From the NCBI GenBank assembly GCA_963768305.1, contig CAVYHE010000003.1:128001-192000 (forward strand): 64,000 bases of DNA, given 5' to 3'. This DNA is from an uncultured bacterium. GTDB lineage: Bacteria > Margulisbacteria > WOR-1 > CAVSGV01. Each line of letters opens with the position of its first letter. Position 1 is the stretch's first letter. Under the pieces are notes generated by a model, which was not told the origin of the DNA, did no database searches, and saw only the letters and a program-made list of their open reading frames with translations. A program made the translations under genes and the position numbers. This document shows positions 62,466 to 64,000 of the stretch, piece after piece.

Positions 62466-62854
62466 AGTATCTTTCTGATATTGTCGGGGATGGAGGTGAC
62501 TTTGCCGTCTTTTGTGATCGCCACAAGTTTTGAATTCCCGGTCGCCAGCAGCTCTTTTGTTCCTTCATTTTTGACTTCATACTCAAAAACCACGCTCGCT
62601 TTATTGACTTCTTTGATCATCGTTTTGACCATGACCGTCTCCTCATATTTTGCGGGTTTAATGTACTTTATATATGTATCGGCGACGACCAGGTAAAGGC
62701 CCTGTTTTTCCATGTCCGAATAGGGGAAACCGATTGATTTCAGGTGTTCGGCGCGTCCCAGCTCGAACCATTCGAGGTACCGCGAATAATAGACGCGTCC
62801 CATCTGGTCTGTTTCCGAATACCGGACGACGATTTTCGTTTCGTGGGTTGTCAT
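62462..62854 (-). CDS. Acyl-CoA thioesterase (YbgC/4HBT family)
   Basis: VRYSETDQMGRVYYSRYLEWFELGR; ATG 62854 lies 6 nt after TGT-TATAAT. Confidence 0.92.
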   Translation of the reverse strand: MTTHETKIVVRYSETDQMGRVYYSRYLEWFELGRAEHLKSIGFPYSDMEKQGLYLVVADTYIKYIKPAKYEETVMVKTMIKEVNKASVVFEYEVKNEGTKELLATGNSKLVAITKDGKVTSIPDNIRKIL

Positions 62855-62921
62855 AAAGGCATTATAACACTTTATTAAACGGGCTTCGAGATTCGATAAA
62901 TAAATGATATAATTCCCCGAA

Positions 62922-63699
62922 ATGGAAACTGCTATCGATGTCAAATGCATTTCCCGGAAATTCGGCAACTTAACTGCGGTTGATTGCGTTTCTTTTGCGG
63001 TGAACAAGGGGGAGATATTCGGGTTCCTCGGCCCGAACGGCGCCGGAAAAACAACGACGATCAGCATGCTTTGCACGCTCCTTAAGCCGACTTCAGGCAC
63101 AGCTCTTATCTCGAACCATGATGTGTCCAAAGACCCTAATCTTGTTCGCAAAGAGATCGGCATAATATTCCAGGACCCGTCGCTGGACGACCGCCTTACA
63201 GTCAATGATAATTTACGGTTCCACGGCAATCTTTATCATATGAAGAAAGAGACGATCGAACAAAGGATACCCGAAGTTCTTGGATTGGTTGAATTGCTCG
63301 ACAGGAGGGGCGAAATAGTCAAAAAGTTCTCCGGAGGAATGAAGAGGCGGCTTGAGATAGCGCGTGGGCTCATGCATCGCCCGAAAATATTGTTCCTGGA
63401 TGAGCCGACCATCGGCCTGGACCCGCAGACGAGGGCTGCTATTTGGGATTATATCGTGAAGATGCGCAATGAAACGGGCCTCAGCATTTTTATGACCACG
63501 CATTATATGCAGGAAGCCGAAGATCTGCGACCGCGTGGCCATAATCGACCACGGGAAGATCGTTGATATTGATTCGCCGGCCGCATTGAAAGATAAATAC
63601 CACGAAAAGACGCTTGAAGATGTTTTTCTGCAATTGACCGGCAGGCAGATAAGGCCCCAGTCTAACGATTCAACCGCTCCCATGTGGAGGAGACGATGA
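62922..63699 (+). CDS. ABC transporter ATP-binding protein, DrrA-like (frameshift near 63520)
   Basis: GPNGAGKTT, FSGGMKRRL, LDEPT, TTHY; continues in another frame as DRVAIIDHGKIV...TLEDVFL. Confidence 0.93.
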
Positions 63700-64000
63700 T
63701 ACTTGAGGATATAGGCGCGATCTTCACCCTCTGGCTGAGGGACGTTAAAAGATATTGGTATGACAAACCGCGAATAGTCGCTTCTCTGGGACAGCCGCTT
63801 TTGTTCCTTTTTGTGCTTGGAAGCGCTCTTTCGCCCAGTTTTAAAGGAGCCCAGGGCGTTAATTTCACGGAATTCATTTTCCCCGGGATCGTTAGCATGA
63901 CCATACTTTTTACTTCTGTTTTTTCCGGCATGTCGATAGTGTGGGACAGGGAATTCGGCTTTCTTAAGGAAGTGATGGTCGCGCCCGTTTCGCGCTGGTC
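63696..64000 (+). CDS. ABC-2 type permease, DrrB-like (partial)
   Basis: Manual translation MILEDIGAIFTLWLRDVKRYW...GQPLLFLFVLG...FIFPGI...VWDREFGFLKEVMVAPVSR. Confidence 0.88.
   Translation, partial: MILEDIGAIFTLWLRDVKRYWYDKPRIVASLGQPLLFLFVLGSALSPSFKGAQGVNFTEFIFPGIVSMTILFTSVFSGMSIVWDREFGFLKEVMVAPVSRW

Noticed and set aside
62855..63229. 255-aa version of the thioesterase ORF
   Set aside because: The extension is the antisense shadow of the ABC ATPase gene; the real start is ATG 62854.

Overview
Bacterial chromosomal window dominated by housekeeping genes: a complete biotin cluster, pfkA, a CopA copper cluster, larE, rrf2-iscS-iscU-mnmA-nadA, hisG/hisI/hisF, hemW-lepA, purL, comEA/comEC, coaE-uvrB-dapA-queH, dnaE, ispA-dxs, nadB and six tRNAs. 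The mix of a barrel+SLH protein, an RRM protein and STRR-like heptamers suggests a diderm relative of Cyanobacteria such as Saganbacteria/Margulisbacteria; this is inference only. Many genes, including dnaE, are broken by single-base indels, which points to an unpolished long-read assembly rather than real pseudogenes. Main finding: five scattered orphan loci (1-219, a TPR pair, 27558-28109, an atypical REC protein, and a tandem paralog pair at 50.4-52.4 kb) share an upstream motif, TGAAATTT-N12-GACGATA(A/T). It occurs six times with an invariant 12-nt spacer and resembles sigma-28/FliA promoters, suggesting an undescribed regulon of lineage-specific proteins. In contrast, housekeeping operon heads mostly use leaderless or near-leaderless TGn-TAnnnT promoters. 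Degenerate 7-nt tandem repeats occur between genes and also as in-frame segments of bioA and dxs. No CRISPR array, integrase, transposase or rRNA was seen.
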